Shown here: piece by piece, positions 1 through 10,048 of the stretch
How positions within the stretch are numbered: position 1 is the first letter of the stretch
Layout: each line of letters starts with the position of its first letter
Source: Candidatus Latescibacterota bacterium
GTDB taxonomy: Bacteria; Latescibacterota; CBDEFO01
Length of the DNA: 64,000 nucleotides
NCBI GenBank assembly: GCA_965248755.1
Contig: OZ252149.1
Span: forward strand, 1,248,001-1,312,000
Reading direction: 5' to 3'
Program-made: the position numbers and the translations under genes
The notes under the pieces: generated by a model
Database searches by the model: none
Told to the model about the DNA's origin: nothing
The model's input: only the letters and a program-made list of their open reading frames with translations

Positions 1-267
1 CCATATTCAACTAAAGTTATAGCTGCTCTTTTGGACGAGGGTGGCAATAACGTAAATGAGTCTGTTATTAGAATACGCCTCCAGGAAAGCTACGGATTCT
101 CCAAACATGATGCCAGCCAAGCTGTTACAGATTCACGTATACTATTCAATAATACAGGTCTAGTGCAGTTGATTACAAACATCCATACTGGAGATGAAAT
201 GACGATCAATCCGTACTGGAAATGGCGTATTGCGCGAAGGATCAAAGAAGAGCTACAAACAAGTTGA
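1..267 (+). CDS. 3' end of a hypothetical protein running in from the window edge
   Basis: Frame is open from position 1 to the TGA at 265-267. No recognisable motif. Confidence 0.5.
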   Translation, partial: PYSTKVIAALLDEGGNNVNESVIRIRLQESYGFSKHDASQAVTDSRILFNNTGLVQLITNIHTGDEMTINPYWKWRIARRIKEELQTS

Positions 268-550
268 GAAGTTGAATGATGGGACAACCTCTCTGAACTA
301 TAAGTCCTAAAGCCTCCTCAATCCAACGTTCCATTATGCTCCCCAAATGATTTTTCCCCTTCTATGGTTAACTCCTTTGCATCTGAATCGGACAGAGTAC
401 TGATCCAAATCAACCCCAAAACACTACCAAAGTGTTAACTACGGCTGTATATAGGGATGTTTTATCTATATGGAAATATATGCTCCGAGCCGTCGGAACC
501 ACGGGAGCACGGGTATAAAATGGAGCACTGAAATGGAATCTTTTACCTCT

Positions 551-2134
551 TCAAACCCTCTTCACTATGACCCTTTTTAATTCCTTCCCTAACCTTCTCG
601 CATCCTTTACATAGACTACATTACGATATCCAAAGGCAGATACCAGATCCTTTAAATCACTACCTTGGATACCAATGCAGATGACCTCTATAGATAAACG
701 ATGAGCCTGCTCAAGCAAATCCCTTATTGCATATGTCCCGGTTATGTCTCCATCTGTAAGCATCACTATTAGCTTCGTCTGGGCTTTTACTTCTTTAGCC
801 ATCTTCAGACACTCATGGAGAGCCAAAGGCAGATTAGTCCCTCCTTCTGGGGATAGTGCAACAGGAATACTGCTCAAGACACCTGATAAAGATTTACCCT
901 CCTTGATCCTTGCAACATCCTCATTAAATCCAAGGAGTTTGATCTCACATCTGGGAATAGCTACAAGCGCAGTATACATTGTAGCTGCTACCTCCTGGCA
1001 GACCTGGGACTTACCATCACATCCCATAGAGCCTGACCTATCAAAACAGAGGATAACCAAAGACTCATCTATCTGCCTTTTTATCCTCAACACATCACGA
1101 TGTATCCTCGCATTCCCTGGCCGAGTTTTAATCTCATAGAATCTACCAGGATGAAAACTGCTTCCAACTACAGAGGCAGTCCTTCTGGCTATAGTTCTGG
1201 AAAAGAACAAGGGCCTTAAGATTCTGCGAACCTCCCCGGCAAGTTTTTCATCCACCTTTGGCTTTTTCTCTCTTTCAACAATTTCCTCGACCGAATGATT
1301 TCTTTTAATAGAGAGGCTACTCTTTTCTGATTTCCCCTCTTTTCTAATCTCCTCACCAATAAACACCAAATCTTTTTGAATCCCCGCTTTTTGTATCTGA
1401 CTTTCCAATCTCGCTGCTTCTTCACCACTTAGAGGAACTCTCAATCGGGAAGCTCTCTCAGCCTCTTCTAACACCAGTTGTATCACTTCATTGGGCTCTA
1501 CCCAGAAATCCTGGAAGATAGAAAATAGAGATTTCAAAAGGGCAGGTCTCTCCTCAACTTTGCATCTCCTTGCTTCTACTAAAATAGGCTTCAACCTCTC
1601 AAAATAGTCATGCAGGGGATGATCTTCCGGAAGCTTTCTGACTTCCTTTTGCTTATATTTTATCCTTAACTTCCTCAAGAACATCAAAACCATTAGAAAG
1701 AGAACTGAAAGCTTGTCCCTGTTTGTCTCCAGCGGTAAATTATCTATGTCCTCCATCTGATGATAAGTGACGTTAACCGCAGTCAGAGTATATGGAATCG
1801 AACCAGGCCATCTGTTTGGTACAAAGGTGAAGTCATTTGCCTCACAGATGAGATTGTTCAGCGCTAGTGGCTGTAATCTATGATTCTCTCCACTTAGAAT
1901 ATGCCCACACTCATGGTAAGCAAAACCTATAACAATTGAAAATAGCAGCTCCTGAGAAGCTTTCTTTACAAACTCTTCCCCTAGAAAATCTGATAATGTC
2001 TGTTCAGAAACAGGGAGGTGTATTTTATTACCCTTAGTGACTTCAACTCCCGGCTGTGCCCTGTCAATCAACTTTAAATCGACACCAATGACCCGTCTCA
2101 AATACCAATCTATATGCGAAGCCAAGTTATCCAT
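551..2134 (-). CDS. vWA-domain protein with an N-terminal HExxH (putative zinc metallopeptidase) motif
   Basis: MIDAS DxSxS (FDRSGSM), GGT and LTDGD motifs in the C-terminal half. AYHECGHIL near the N-terminus. Confidence 0.85.
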   Translation of the reverse strand: MDNLASHIDWYLRRVIGVDLKLIDRAQPGVEVTKGNKIHLPVSEQTLSDFLGEEFVKKASQELLFSIVIGFAYHECGHILSGENHRLQPLALNNLICEANDFTFVPNRWPGSIPYTLTAVNVTYHQMEDIDNLPLETNRDKLSVLFLMVLMFLRKLRIKYKQKEVRKLPEDHPLHDYFERLKPILVEARRCKVEERPALLKSLFSIFQDFWVEPNEVIQLVLEEAERASRLRVPLSGEEAARLESQIQKAGIQKDLVFIGEEIRKEGKSEKSSLSIKRNHSVEEIVEREKKPKVDEKLAGEVRRILRPLFFSRTIARRTASVVGSSFHPGRFYEIKTRPGNARIHRDVLRIKRQIDESLVILCFDRSGSMGCDGKSQVCQEVAATMYTALVAIPRCEIKLLGFNEDVARIKEGKSLSGVLSSIPVALSPEGGTNLPLALHECLKMAKEVKAQTKLIVMLTDGDITGTYAIRDLLEQAHRLSIEVICIGIQGSDLKDLVSAFGYRNVVYVKDARRLGKELKRVIVKRV

Positions 2135-2145
2135 TACTTCCTCCT

Positions 2146-3540
2146 TTACATATCCCTTATCACAATCCGTTCAGGTATTGCGACATTTACATCCTGACGT
2201 ATCCTCTGGGCAGCTATCTGTCTTATCCCTACATCAGGAATACCATTTAGAATGTGCTCTGTGACAGCAATAACAACTGCATCCTGCCTTGAGCTTCTCA
2301 AAACAGCGGTCCAGATAGCATCTGCAACCTGTGAATATCCTGTATCCCACCCAAGTGGATCCTTATTCTGATTTAGAGCCTTGAACAGAGCCACACCAAA
2401 ATCCCAGTTGACATAGTTACTTATATCTGACACTACTTCCTTAAGCTGCTGAAAGCTCCTTTTCTTGGTTACAATGGCCTCCAAAATCTTCCTTATCTCC
2501 TCATCCTTTGTAGAATATCCCTGATATAAAATCACCAATCTTCTAATTTCAGCATTAGAAAGCCTCTTTAAATCATCCGTCAGATACTTCTCTGAAGAGA
2601 GGGGATTGCCTGTTAGAATAAACTGGACGTGTGAAAACTCTACATTGTCTAAAAGCTTTCCGTCCTTGCTGCTCTGTATGGTGTAGCTTCTATCCTCATC
2701 TGAAAATAGTCTGTAAAACTCCCTTCTTGTATCGTCTGTAAAGCTGTTATACTCTTCTAACACCACAAGCAATCTTAATCTCTTGTCTTTCGTCTCTCTG
2801 GCAATTCTGCAAAGCACTCCCTCAAGGATGAATGTACCATCTGCATTGAAATCATCTCTGTCAAATAATCTATCTCCTTCCAGTCTGGCATTGGCATCAA
2901 TTATGTAGCCTGCAAAGCCCTTCTTGTTGAGGTGTGATATTGCATAACGGGCCAAACATGATTTTCCAGAACCTGTAGGTCCGAGAATAGCGATAGCTGG
3001 AGTACCTTCATAGATTCGCTGGACAAGAGATTCTAAAACTACTTCATCTGGAATAAAGTTTTCAGGAGCTTTAATCTTAAAGTGTCCAGGAACTCCATTC
3101 CTCCCCATCTTCTCCCTTACATAGTAACCCAAAATCTTCAACAGATCCTTGTTCTCCTCTACGGAGTATTGCTGCAACACATAGGGATCAGACTGCACAG
3201 TAACTTTAAGAGATTTACAGCTTGCTCCTCCCTGTTCATACTGACTGATTACAATATTCCCAACAAGGCTTTCTGAATGCCTTTTGAACGCCTCATCTTG
3301 AAGATATTGATCTATTGACAGAGCATCCTGAAGAATGTCTATAATATCCTCACTTTCCAAAAGCTGCCTCCCCTCATTCTCACCAAGCTCTGTACGGACA
3401 TTTGCTATCAGATGCCACGATCCATCATTATCCTTTTCTAACTCAAATTGAACCCTACCAGAAAGAACCTGCTCTTTGTTCTCTGTTGCTATGACAGTAG
3501 CTGAAGGGATTGTAGAGTTTAACAGAACTTCCTCTTTCAT
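2146..3540 (-). CDS. AAA+ ATPase (MoxR/CobS/dynein-related AAA_5 type)
   Basis: Walker A GPTGSGKS, variant Walker B VVLEEYN, sensor-1 ILTGNP, arginine-finger-like IRRL. Adjacent to a vWA gene. Confidence 0.8.
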   Translation of the reverse strand: MKEEVLLNSTIPSATVIATENKEQVLSGRVQFELEKDNDGSWHLIANVRTELGENEGRQLLESEDIIDILQDALSIDQYLQDEAFKRHSESLVGNIVISQYEQGGASCKSLKVTVQSDPYVLQQYSVEENKDLLKILGYYVREKMGRNGVPGHFKIKAPENFIPDEVVLESLVQRIYEGTPAIAILGPTGSGKSCLARYAISHLNKKGFAGYIIDANARLEGDRLFDRDDFNADGTFILEGVLCRIARETKDKRLRLLVVLEEYNSFTDDTRREFYRLFSDEDRSYTIQSSKDGKLLDNVEFSHVQFILTGNPLSSEKYLTDDLKRLSNAEIRRLVILYQGYSTKDEEIRKILEAIVTKKRSFQQLKEVVSDISNYVNWDFGVALFKALNQNKDPLGWDTGYSQVADAIWTAVLRSSRQDAVVIAVTEHILNGIPDVGIRQIAAQRIRQDVNVAIPERIVIRDM

Positions 3541-5060
3541 TATTGACCACCTCCATTCTCAAATCTTCTCTCAAACCTCGGAACTCTCACAACAGCAGAA
3601 TAGGGATAACCTACAGCCTGTACAACAGCGATCCCCATAGTTAAGAGCGGCTTGGAAATCATCGAGCTACACTCAGACAGCATCGGAGCAGCTTCCACAA
3701 GTGCTCTTATGTCTGATCTGTTCAGATGAAAGGCAATAGTAGAGTATATCTGTCCATAGACACTGCTAGGGATGCTTTTGGGACTTTGTGTCAGCAAACA
3801 CAGAGTAACTCCAAACTTCCTGCACTCTCGACAGAAATCAGATATATGTTCTTCAGCAAATTGAATGAAGTGCTGAGCCTCATCTACAACAACAAAGAAT
3901 CTCTGGGGAATATTCTTGTGCATCGAGCTCTTTCCTGCCTTCTGAAGCCTGTTAAGCAGAAGTTTTACAAACATCCCCTGGTAGTAATCAGACAGATTAA
4001 AGGTGTTTATCAGAACAATCTTTCCCTGTTTTAACTCTCCGAGAATCTGGGAGATAAGTCTTGGTGCAGATATATCCACAGTTTGCTGTAGGATTCTTGC
4101 CTGCCTGCACACTGTATCTATTGTGGGAATAATAGCTAGACCTGTAGTAACAGTACTCCCATCCTTCTGCTTAATCGTCTCCCTCTTAAGCCCATAGAGA
4201 TCATCACTCACTTCATAGTTTGCCAATATCTCAATAAACTTCCTTGACTCTCTGGAGTGCATATGTGTCCATAAATCTTTTTGAGCAGTGGAACAGGAGA
4301 ATTGATCAAAGATGTCAGAAAGATTTATCTCATCTGGAGAGAGTTTCAATTTTTCATTGTAACCTATCATCACTATTCTCTTGTCTTCCAAAGCACTCAA
4401 TCCTTTAGTCCCTTTATCATTTGGATTATCAACTCCAATATCCGGATGTCCAAAGACTAACATAGGAAGGGGTTCTGGAAGCTCTAAATTATTAGTGATA
4501 AGCTCCTTTAAGAAATTCGTTTTCCCTGTTCCATTTTTGCCAAAGACAGCCATGTGCCGTGTTAAGGCTGTGTCTATCCCCAACTTGAAGTCTACTTGAG
4601 AGACCTTATATGCAGAAGCAATCTTACCTACGATTACTCCATTAACAGCCGAAGGAGGATACAGCATCTCAATATCCTGATTCGTAGCTCTGAAAACAGG
4701 CTGGAAGTATCCGATGCCTCCAGTGTATTCTACAAGCCTGCCATTATCCAGCACAGAACCCATTGGCTCGATTACTACCCTTTTATAGACCATTCCCTCG
4801 ACCTCTGGATCAGGCACATTACTGGTCTTCAAACAGCTTTTGGCTATTCGAGATATCTCACTGTCCCTTGAGAAGTCATGGGCATCTAATACCGCTGTAA
4901 TCCTTCCTACAGTCTTTTCTATCCTGACAAAGTCAAGACACTGGACAGCACCTAATTTTACAGCTTCGCTATCAGCCCTTGCCAGAATACATCCATCCTC
5001 ATTCGTGCCGATAGTGAGAGCAATGGGACGTTTCTTGCTTTGTCCTTGTGTTTTTTTCAA
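3540..5060 (-). CDS. HerA/FtsK-family ATPase (DUF87) with HAS-barrel-like N-terminus
   Basis: TRHMAVFGKNGTGKT Walker A, VVVDEAQHF Walker B, RECRKFGV and LLTQSP motifs typical of HerA. Confidence 0.88.
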   Translation of the reverse strand: MKKTQGQSKKRPIALTIGTNEDGCILARADSEAVKLGAVQCLDFVRIEKTVGRITAVLDAHDFSRDSEISRIAKSCLKTSNVPDPEVEGMVYKRVVIEPMGSVLDNGRLVEYTGGIGYFQPVFRATNQDIEMLYPPSAVNGVIVGKIASAYKVSQVDFKLGIDTALTRHMAVFGKNGTGKTNFLKELITNNLELPEPLPMLVFGHPDIGVDNPNDKGTKGLSALEDKRIVMIGYNEKLKLSPDEINLSDIFDQFSCSTAQKDLWTHMHSRESRKFIEILANYEVSDDLYGLKRETIKQKDGSTVTTGLAIIPTIDTVCRQARILQQTVDISAPRLISQILGELKQGKIVLINTFNLSDYYQGMFVKLLLNRLQKAGKSSMHKNIPQRFFVVVDEAQHFIQFAEEHISDFCRECRKFGVTLCLLTQSPKSIPSSVYGQIYSTIAFHLNRSDIRALVEAAPMLSECSSMISKPLLTMGIAVVQAVGYPYSAVVRVPRFERRFENGGGQ

Positions 5061-5628
5061 CTATATGCTCCTTTCTGGTTTAGAGTTTGTTTTAATTTCT
5101 CCTTTTAATCACCCCAAACCTTTAAACATCCCATCTTCCCACATCTACCATCCTTTCCTTATCAAGACAGATTCCTGAATGTTCATTCGAGGAATATTAT
5201 GCGGTTTTAGCTTGACTGATTGATGATCGAATATTATTTTGGGAATACAGATCTGAGATCAGACTTCGGTACGATATGTATACGAATTGGGTATTCGAGA
5301 GTCAGTGGGAGTGTAAAACAAAGTATTGTTGGTCTTTACCCAAAGGTACGTATATCTGAAGTTTGGATATCACACCGAAAGAGAAAAGTATGACAAATAC
5401 GTCGGATATAAACAAGTTGGGCAAAACTTGCGCGAAGGAAAAACCCAACAACGACTTCATCTTGAGTTTTTTCCATAGCAAATTGACTTACATCAAGTTT
5501 TCCACTTACGACCCGGGTATCCCGAATTTTTCCCATTGCGAAAGCGTTCCATGAACGTCGTGAATACAGTTCGCAGATGATTCCTTGTCAGGCTGCTCGC
5601 GCACCTGTGCAAGGCATTAACAATCGGT

Positions 5629-5964
5629 GTGATCATTGTTGCATTGATAGGGTTCACCGCTTATGGCACGCTCAAGCTGTTTTCCGTCGCTGACGCTGAT
5701 CGCGCGTCAAAGATCAGACTTATCGTGGGTTTCATTGTTGGCTTTGTGTGTTTCCTGGCTTTCTTTCCGCCTTGGAAATCTTGTCATTTGCGTACGGACA
5801 ACCGTTACCGTGATAAGATACCCTTTTCGGCCAGTGGTCACCATTTTCGCGCAGGGGACGTGCTGGTTTTCAAGAGAGAATGGAAGAACGTTGATTACCG
5901 GCCTGAAACGGAAGAAGAATTTCAACGGATGGGCGTGAGTATTATTGGTTTGTCGACGAGTTAA
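5629..5964 (+). CDS. Small membrane protein, possibly a decayed cassette ORF
   Basis: Two hydrophobic segments. Lies on the opposite strand to the flanking island genes. Confidence 0.35.
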   Translation: MIIVALIGFTAYGTLKLFSVADADRASKIRLIVGFIVGFVCFLAFFPPWKSCHLRTDNRYRDKIPFSASGHHFRAGDVLVFKREWKNVDYRPETEEEFQRMGVSIIGLSTS

Positions 5965-6058
5965 ACATAGAAAGGGTAATTACGAGCGAGGATTTTCCAA
6001 AGCCCAGTGCTTGGACCCGGTTTTTGGAAGAGTCGTCCGACAAGTGTCGAAGAGGAGT

Positions 6059-6094
6059 GGCTAACGACCAAGCTGAGGTGCCTGCACGTTAGAC
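6059..6094 (+). other. Internally deleted attC-like site
   Basis: GGCTAAC (RYYYAAC-like) GACCAAGCTGAG...GTTAGAC (GTTRRRY), immediately before the ATG at 6121. Confidence 0.45.
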
Positions 6095-6120
6095 AATCGA
6101 ATTGCATTGAGGCCAGTTAC

Positions 6121-6900
6121 ATGGACGAGCAGGTTTCGACTTCGATGGAACAGACGAGGAAACGATCTCGTGCCTTTGCCATTACCAGCCTGTCATTGGG
6201 GCTCCTATCGGTTTCCCAATTTGCCATAGCAGGACATAGATTCATACTGGTTACTCTGGGGCTCGTTGCAATTACCTCGGCGATCTTGGGAATTATCTTC
6301 GGGATCCTCCAACTCACACGACGTCGATCAGCTAGAGGCCTGGCATATAGTGGCATAGCTCTTTCCGTTGTCGCACTGGGAGTAGCGCCTCCCAGGATTT
6401 ATGAGATACTTATTTATCAGACAGCCTACATCGACTACCTTGAGGACAAGGGCTACGGCCGCACCGTTATCGATAATCCCATTACTGTCGAGCGTTTCAG
6501 GGCTGTTGAGCAATCTTCTGCGGTTGTCATCTTCGGTGCGTTTACTTCCTTTGGCTGGTACAACGACCGCGAGGAAGAGGTGCTTCACAAGATCACGTAC
6601 GCTCTCGGTCCCAATGAACCCTCTTCCTTTGATCCAGCCGATTTGAGTTTCGGCTACTTCATCAAAGTCGACGACGAGCTTGGTGGATATAAGCGGTATA
6701 CCGAGTCAGCCAAGAACGAGGGTGAATCACATGTGAAGGTCTACCCAACAATGCTGGATGGGCGAGTGGTTCCACATTCATATCTGCTCTTCTGGGAAGG
6801 ACAGCCTCTCGATGTTGAGCCGAGCTACTTGTTAGATTTCACAGATCTTGTTGTTCGTGTGCATGGTGTGACCCCGGTACTGCCGATAGCAGAGGAATAG
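6121..6900 (+). CDS. DUF4190-like membrane protein with a soluble C-terminal domain
   Basis: AITSLSLGLLS...AILGIIFGILQL...GLAYSGIALS pattern typical of DUF4190. Likely start ATG 6121. Confidence 0.6.
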   Translation: MDEQVSTSMEQTRKRSRAFAITSLSLGLLSVSQFAIAGHRFILVTLGLVAITSAILGIIFGILQLTRRRSARGLAYSGIALSVVALGVAPPRIYEILIYQTAYIDYLEDKGYGRTVIDNPITVERFRAVEQSSAVVIFGAFTSFGWYNDREEEVLHKITYALGPNEPSSFDPADLSFGYFIKVDDELGGYKRYTESAKNEGESHVKVYPTMLDGRVVPHSYLLFWEGQPLDVEPSYLLDFTDLVVRVHGVTPVLPIAEE

Positions 6901-6924
6901 CGACGGCAAGGGACCCGTATTTAA

Positions 6925-7146
6925 GCAAGTCCCTCTAACACCAAGCTCTCGTAATCTCAAAAGATCGGTAACAAACGCTTCATTCCATTTAAAGGAAGAT
7001 TCATTTACCCAAACAGATCCACCTTCATTCTGGTAGTAGCTCATATACCAATGGTCCAGCTCTGACAGCTCTTTGTTGATGTCGTGGTCACATCGAATGT
7101 CAATACTGTCTATACTGACACAGTATCCCATCTTTCTTGCCTCCAT
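6925..7146 (-). pseudogene. Phage-like hypothetical protein, probably 3'-truncated by the inserted + strand block
   Basis: Coupled to the upstream ORF (abuts at 7146/7147). The reading frame runs into the convergent DUF4190 gene. Confidence 0.45.
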
Positions 7147-7707
7147 TTAAATATGACAATCCAAAAGAACCAGATAATCTTCAGCAGCTTCGTTTCCTAA
7201 AAGCGTTTTGATCTCTTGGACCCAGGAAACATCCTCTTTTTCATTTGCAACTATTCCCCACCACCCCATCTGTCCTTTTTCAAACCACTCACCTTTGTTG
7301 CTCAATACCACAAAAGCTGTTTTTCGAGGATCGCTTTCCAACTTTTTCAGATATGCCTCCACAGTCAGATGATTGTTCTCTATTGTCTCGTGCTTCGGAT
7401 CGAAGTTGAATCCATTATCACTACACTGCCGATTTTCAGTAATGAATCCGTCCCATCTGCCTCCTACCCTATACCAGTCAAATTGGGATTCCGGATTGAA
7501 TGTTGACATAGCTTTGCCAGTCCCTTTGCACTCTTCACAATCTGGAGCTGGTTTATCATTTGCACAGAAGCAGTCTGTCTCATAACGCTCGACTTCCAGA
7601 CCTTCATAGTATGTTTCCAAATTTTCCTCTATGAAGCCTCTTGCTGCCTGATCCCCCTGCTTCATTACTTCGTCTGGCACAACTGCTAAAACTGAAAAAT
7701 GGCTCAT
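7147..7707 (-). CDS. Phage/MGE hypothetical protein (MSHF start, DWYxxGGRW motif)
   Basis: MSHFSVLAVV start after GGAGG, NPESQFDWYRVGGRWDG, CxxCxG segment, C-terminal LDCHI. Confidence 0.7.
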   Translation of the reverse strand: MSHFSVLAVVPDEVMKQGDQAARGFIEENLETYYEGLEVERYETDCFCANDKPAPDCEECKGTGKAMSTFNPESQFDWYRVGGRWDGFITENRQCSDNGFNFDPKHETIENNHLTVEAYLKKLESDPRKTAFVVLSNKGEWFEKGQMGWWGIVANEKEDVSWVQEIKTLLGNEAAEDYLVLLDCHI

Positions 7708-8049
7708 CTCTCTGCCCTCCGTTTTGTAGGGTTTTGGATTATACGATAACTTCAAAGCTACTCTGGCTACCAAAAGTCACTTCAGTCTTAATCCTTTAAT
7801 CGTCGGGCAGATTTAAATTCCTTTAGGCGATTCATTTTGCCCACGTACTTTGCAATCCAAGGATTAAGGAAACCGTGCTTTTTACCACACTCAGCTGCTC
7901 TTGATTTGAGTTGGTAAAAAGATGCACAATGCTCACATTTGAATAGAACTTTTACCATTCGTCATTCCTCTTTTTTGTAGATTGAAGAATACATTAGATC
8001 ACCCAAACTCTTAAACAACCCCATCTATCTGATTTCTACAATACAGCCA

Positions 8050-8313
8050 TTAGGACACTCCTACCTTGAACTTCTTTGAGGTTTCATACCCTCCTTTAGA
8101 AATATGTTTTTGAATCTTCTTCCAAATAGGATTGTCATAATCAATTTCGTTTCCATCTTTCTCCATATTCACCAACTCCTTGTGCTCATATCCCATGTTC
8201 GCGTCATAGGTTTTGCTGATTCTTATTTCATATTCCTCTCCATCATCGTCTATGTATGTTGCAGTTGACCATTCTGAATAGCTCTGAAGCTCTACATTTT
8301 CGATCTTTCCCAT
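8050..8313 (-). CDS. Hypothetical protein
   Basis: ATG with AGGAG RBS, within a co-oriented small-gene string. Confidence 0.6.
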   Translation of the reverse strand: MGKIENVELQSYSEWSTATYIDDDGEEYEIRISKTYDANMGYEHKELVNMEKDGNEIDYDNPIWKKIQKHISKGGYETSKKFKVGVS

Positions 8314-8348
8314 CGCTCTACTCCTTTGTTAAGAGGAAATACTTTTCG

Positions 8349-8948
8349 CTACCTCGTTTTTCCATTTACTTCTTTAGTCAACTTCTTGATGATGCTGCCA
8401 CACTGGTCATAAGACAAATCCCCAAGTGCAGCGCCATATTTTTCTTTAATTAGAGGTTCAACCTGCTCCTCGCTCACTCCCATCTGCCTAATCATCTTTA
8501 CAATGGCTCTCTTCTGATTTTCGGTAACTCTGTTGTTGGTATCTTTTCTTTCCTCACTTCGCTTTCTATTAGGTATATGTTGATTGTCTCCTTCGTGAAT
8601 ATCACCGAGTTCTTCCAAAGAGGTAATGCCAATATTACAGGCAAAGCGAAGAGCCCTTGCAACTGCTCTTGTCTCTGCCATACGAATTATATGAGGAGCT
8701 ATCATACTGTTGACATTCTTTGAGTTGGCATCTCCTGTACCGCTAAACGTTCCTTTGTCTGTTTTGACCACAGCTCTGACAACAGCAGTATGGTCATTCC
8801 CATCATCCGGAAACTGTTTAACTTCAGTATCTACAAGGCACAGTCCTTCCTGATGAGCTACATCCAGCAGACCCTCAAAAATCACAAAGTCCTTGTCCCC
8901 TATATGCTTGATAAGCCGAGGGTCTATCTTATCTATCTTGCCAGACAT
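8349..8948 (-). CDS. Rad52/Erf-like single-strand annealing protein
   Basis: GTGDA...IRMAETRAVARALRFA motif and a C-terminal TENQKRAI helical domain. Next to ssb. Likely start MSGKID at 8948. Confidence 0.7.
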   Translation of the reverse strand: MSGKIDKIDPRLIKHIGDKDFVIFEGLLDVAHQEGLCLVDTEVKQFPDDGNDHTAVVRAVVKTDKGTFSGTGDANSKNVNSMIAPHIIRMAETRAVARALRFACNIGITSLEELGDIHEGDNQHIPNRKRSEERKDTNNRVTENQKRAIVKMIRQMGVSEEQVEPLIKEKYGAALGDLSYDQCGSIIKKLTKEVNGKTR

Positions 8949-8949
8949 C

Positions 8950-9135
8950 TCAACACCCCTTTCCAGGTTTCTCATCCTTCGATAAAACACAATCTGTATC
9001 TGTGAGATGGCCCATAACGTGAACCTCGAAGACAACATAGCACATATTGCAGACTCCGTTGTTGCACGTATAGGCATACCTCTGTTTTTCTACTTCTACT
9101 TCCTTAGCTGTCCATCCACAACAGGGACACAACAT
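8950..9135 (-). CDS. Small zinc-ribbon protein
   Basis: CPCC...CxxxxC pattern, packed between ssb and the SSAP gene. Confidence 0.55.
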   Translation of the reverse strand: MLCPCCGWTAKEVEVEKQRYAYTCNNGVCNMCYVVFEVHVMGHLTDTDCVLSKDEKPGKGC

Positions 9136-9213
9136 AACTCTTCACCCCTTCTGAAAATGAAAAAGAGGAGAAGCAGTTAGCCTCCCCTCTCTGTAGTGGA
9201 ATACTATAGCTGA

Positions 9214-9615
9214 CTAAAAAGGCAAGTCCTCCTCTTCCTTTTCTTGGCTTTCTTCTTCTCCATCTTTACTAACCTTATCGAGGAACTGAACAGAATCAGC
9301 CTGAACTTCCAGGTTAGTTCTCTTATTACCATTGGAATCCTCCCACTGCTGACTCTTGAGCCTCCCTTCGACATAGACTGAATTGCCCTTTGACAGATAT
9401 TGGTTGCAGTTCTCTGCCAATTTGCTCCACACAACAACAGAAAGAAAGCTTACCTCTTGCTGCCACTCTCCCTGGTTGTCCTTGTAGGAACGGTTGGAAG
9501 CAATTCCCATTTTGAGAACTGGTGTCCCACCTGAAGTATGCTTCAACTCCGTATCGTGAGTCAATCTGCCTGTGATGACAACACGGTTGATGCTTGGAAG
9601 ACGTAAATCTGACAT
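9214..9615 (-). CDS. ssb: Single-stranded DNA-binding protein
   Basis: INRVVITGRLT, KGNSVYVEGRL, acidic tail ending DLPF. Start MSDLR after GGAGG. Confidence 0.95.
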   Translation of the reverse strand: MSDLRLPSINRVVITGRLTHDTELKHTSGGTPVLKMGIASNRSYKDNQGEWQQEVSFLSVVVWSKLAENCNQYLSKGNSVYVEGRLKSQQWEDSNGNKRTNLEVQADSVQFLDKVSKDGEEESQEKEEEDLPF

Positions 9616-10048
9616 AGCAACCTCCTTATAGTAAGTGTTGAAAGTAAAGAATCTAAGATCACAAAAAACTATAAACATACCATTTCGCTCAGGGTGCTCA
9701 TCGTCGCAGATGAATTCTTGTTTCTGCTTATGCTGCTTCTGGAGCTTTTCTTAACCCCGTTGATGTTTTCTTTAAGGAATTGCAGTTTGTCTTCAATCTG
9801 AGAAAAATAGAATAGTTGGATGGTTTTGATTATTTACAAGACTATTTACCTTTACGGTAAAGTAGACATTTATTGACCTTTGTTAATATAATCTTTATCT
9901 TTCTTCAATTCATATTTTTGTTATCTGTGTTTGCTGGGTGGTACCTGTAGCGACAGCTGGTCCTACCTATGAAGCCGTGATCCTTCCCATTCATAGACCT
10001 GTGTAGTGCGGAATTCATATCACAACCAAGAAGCAAGGAGAAAGGAAT

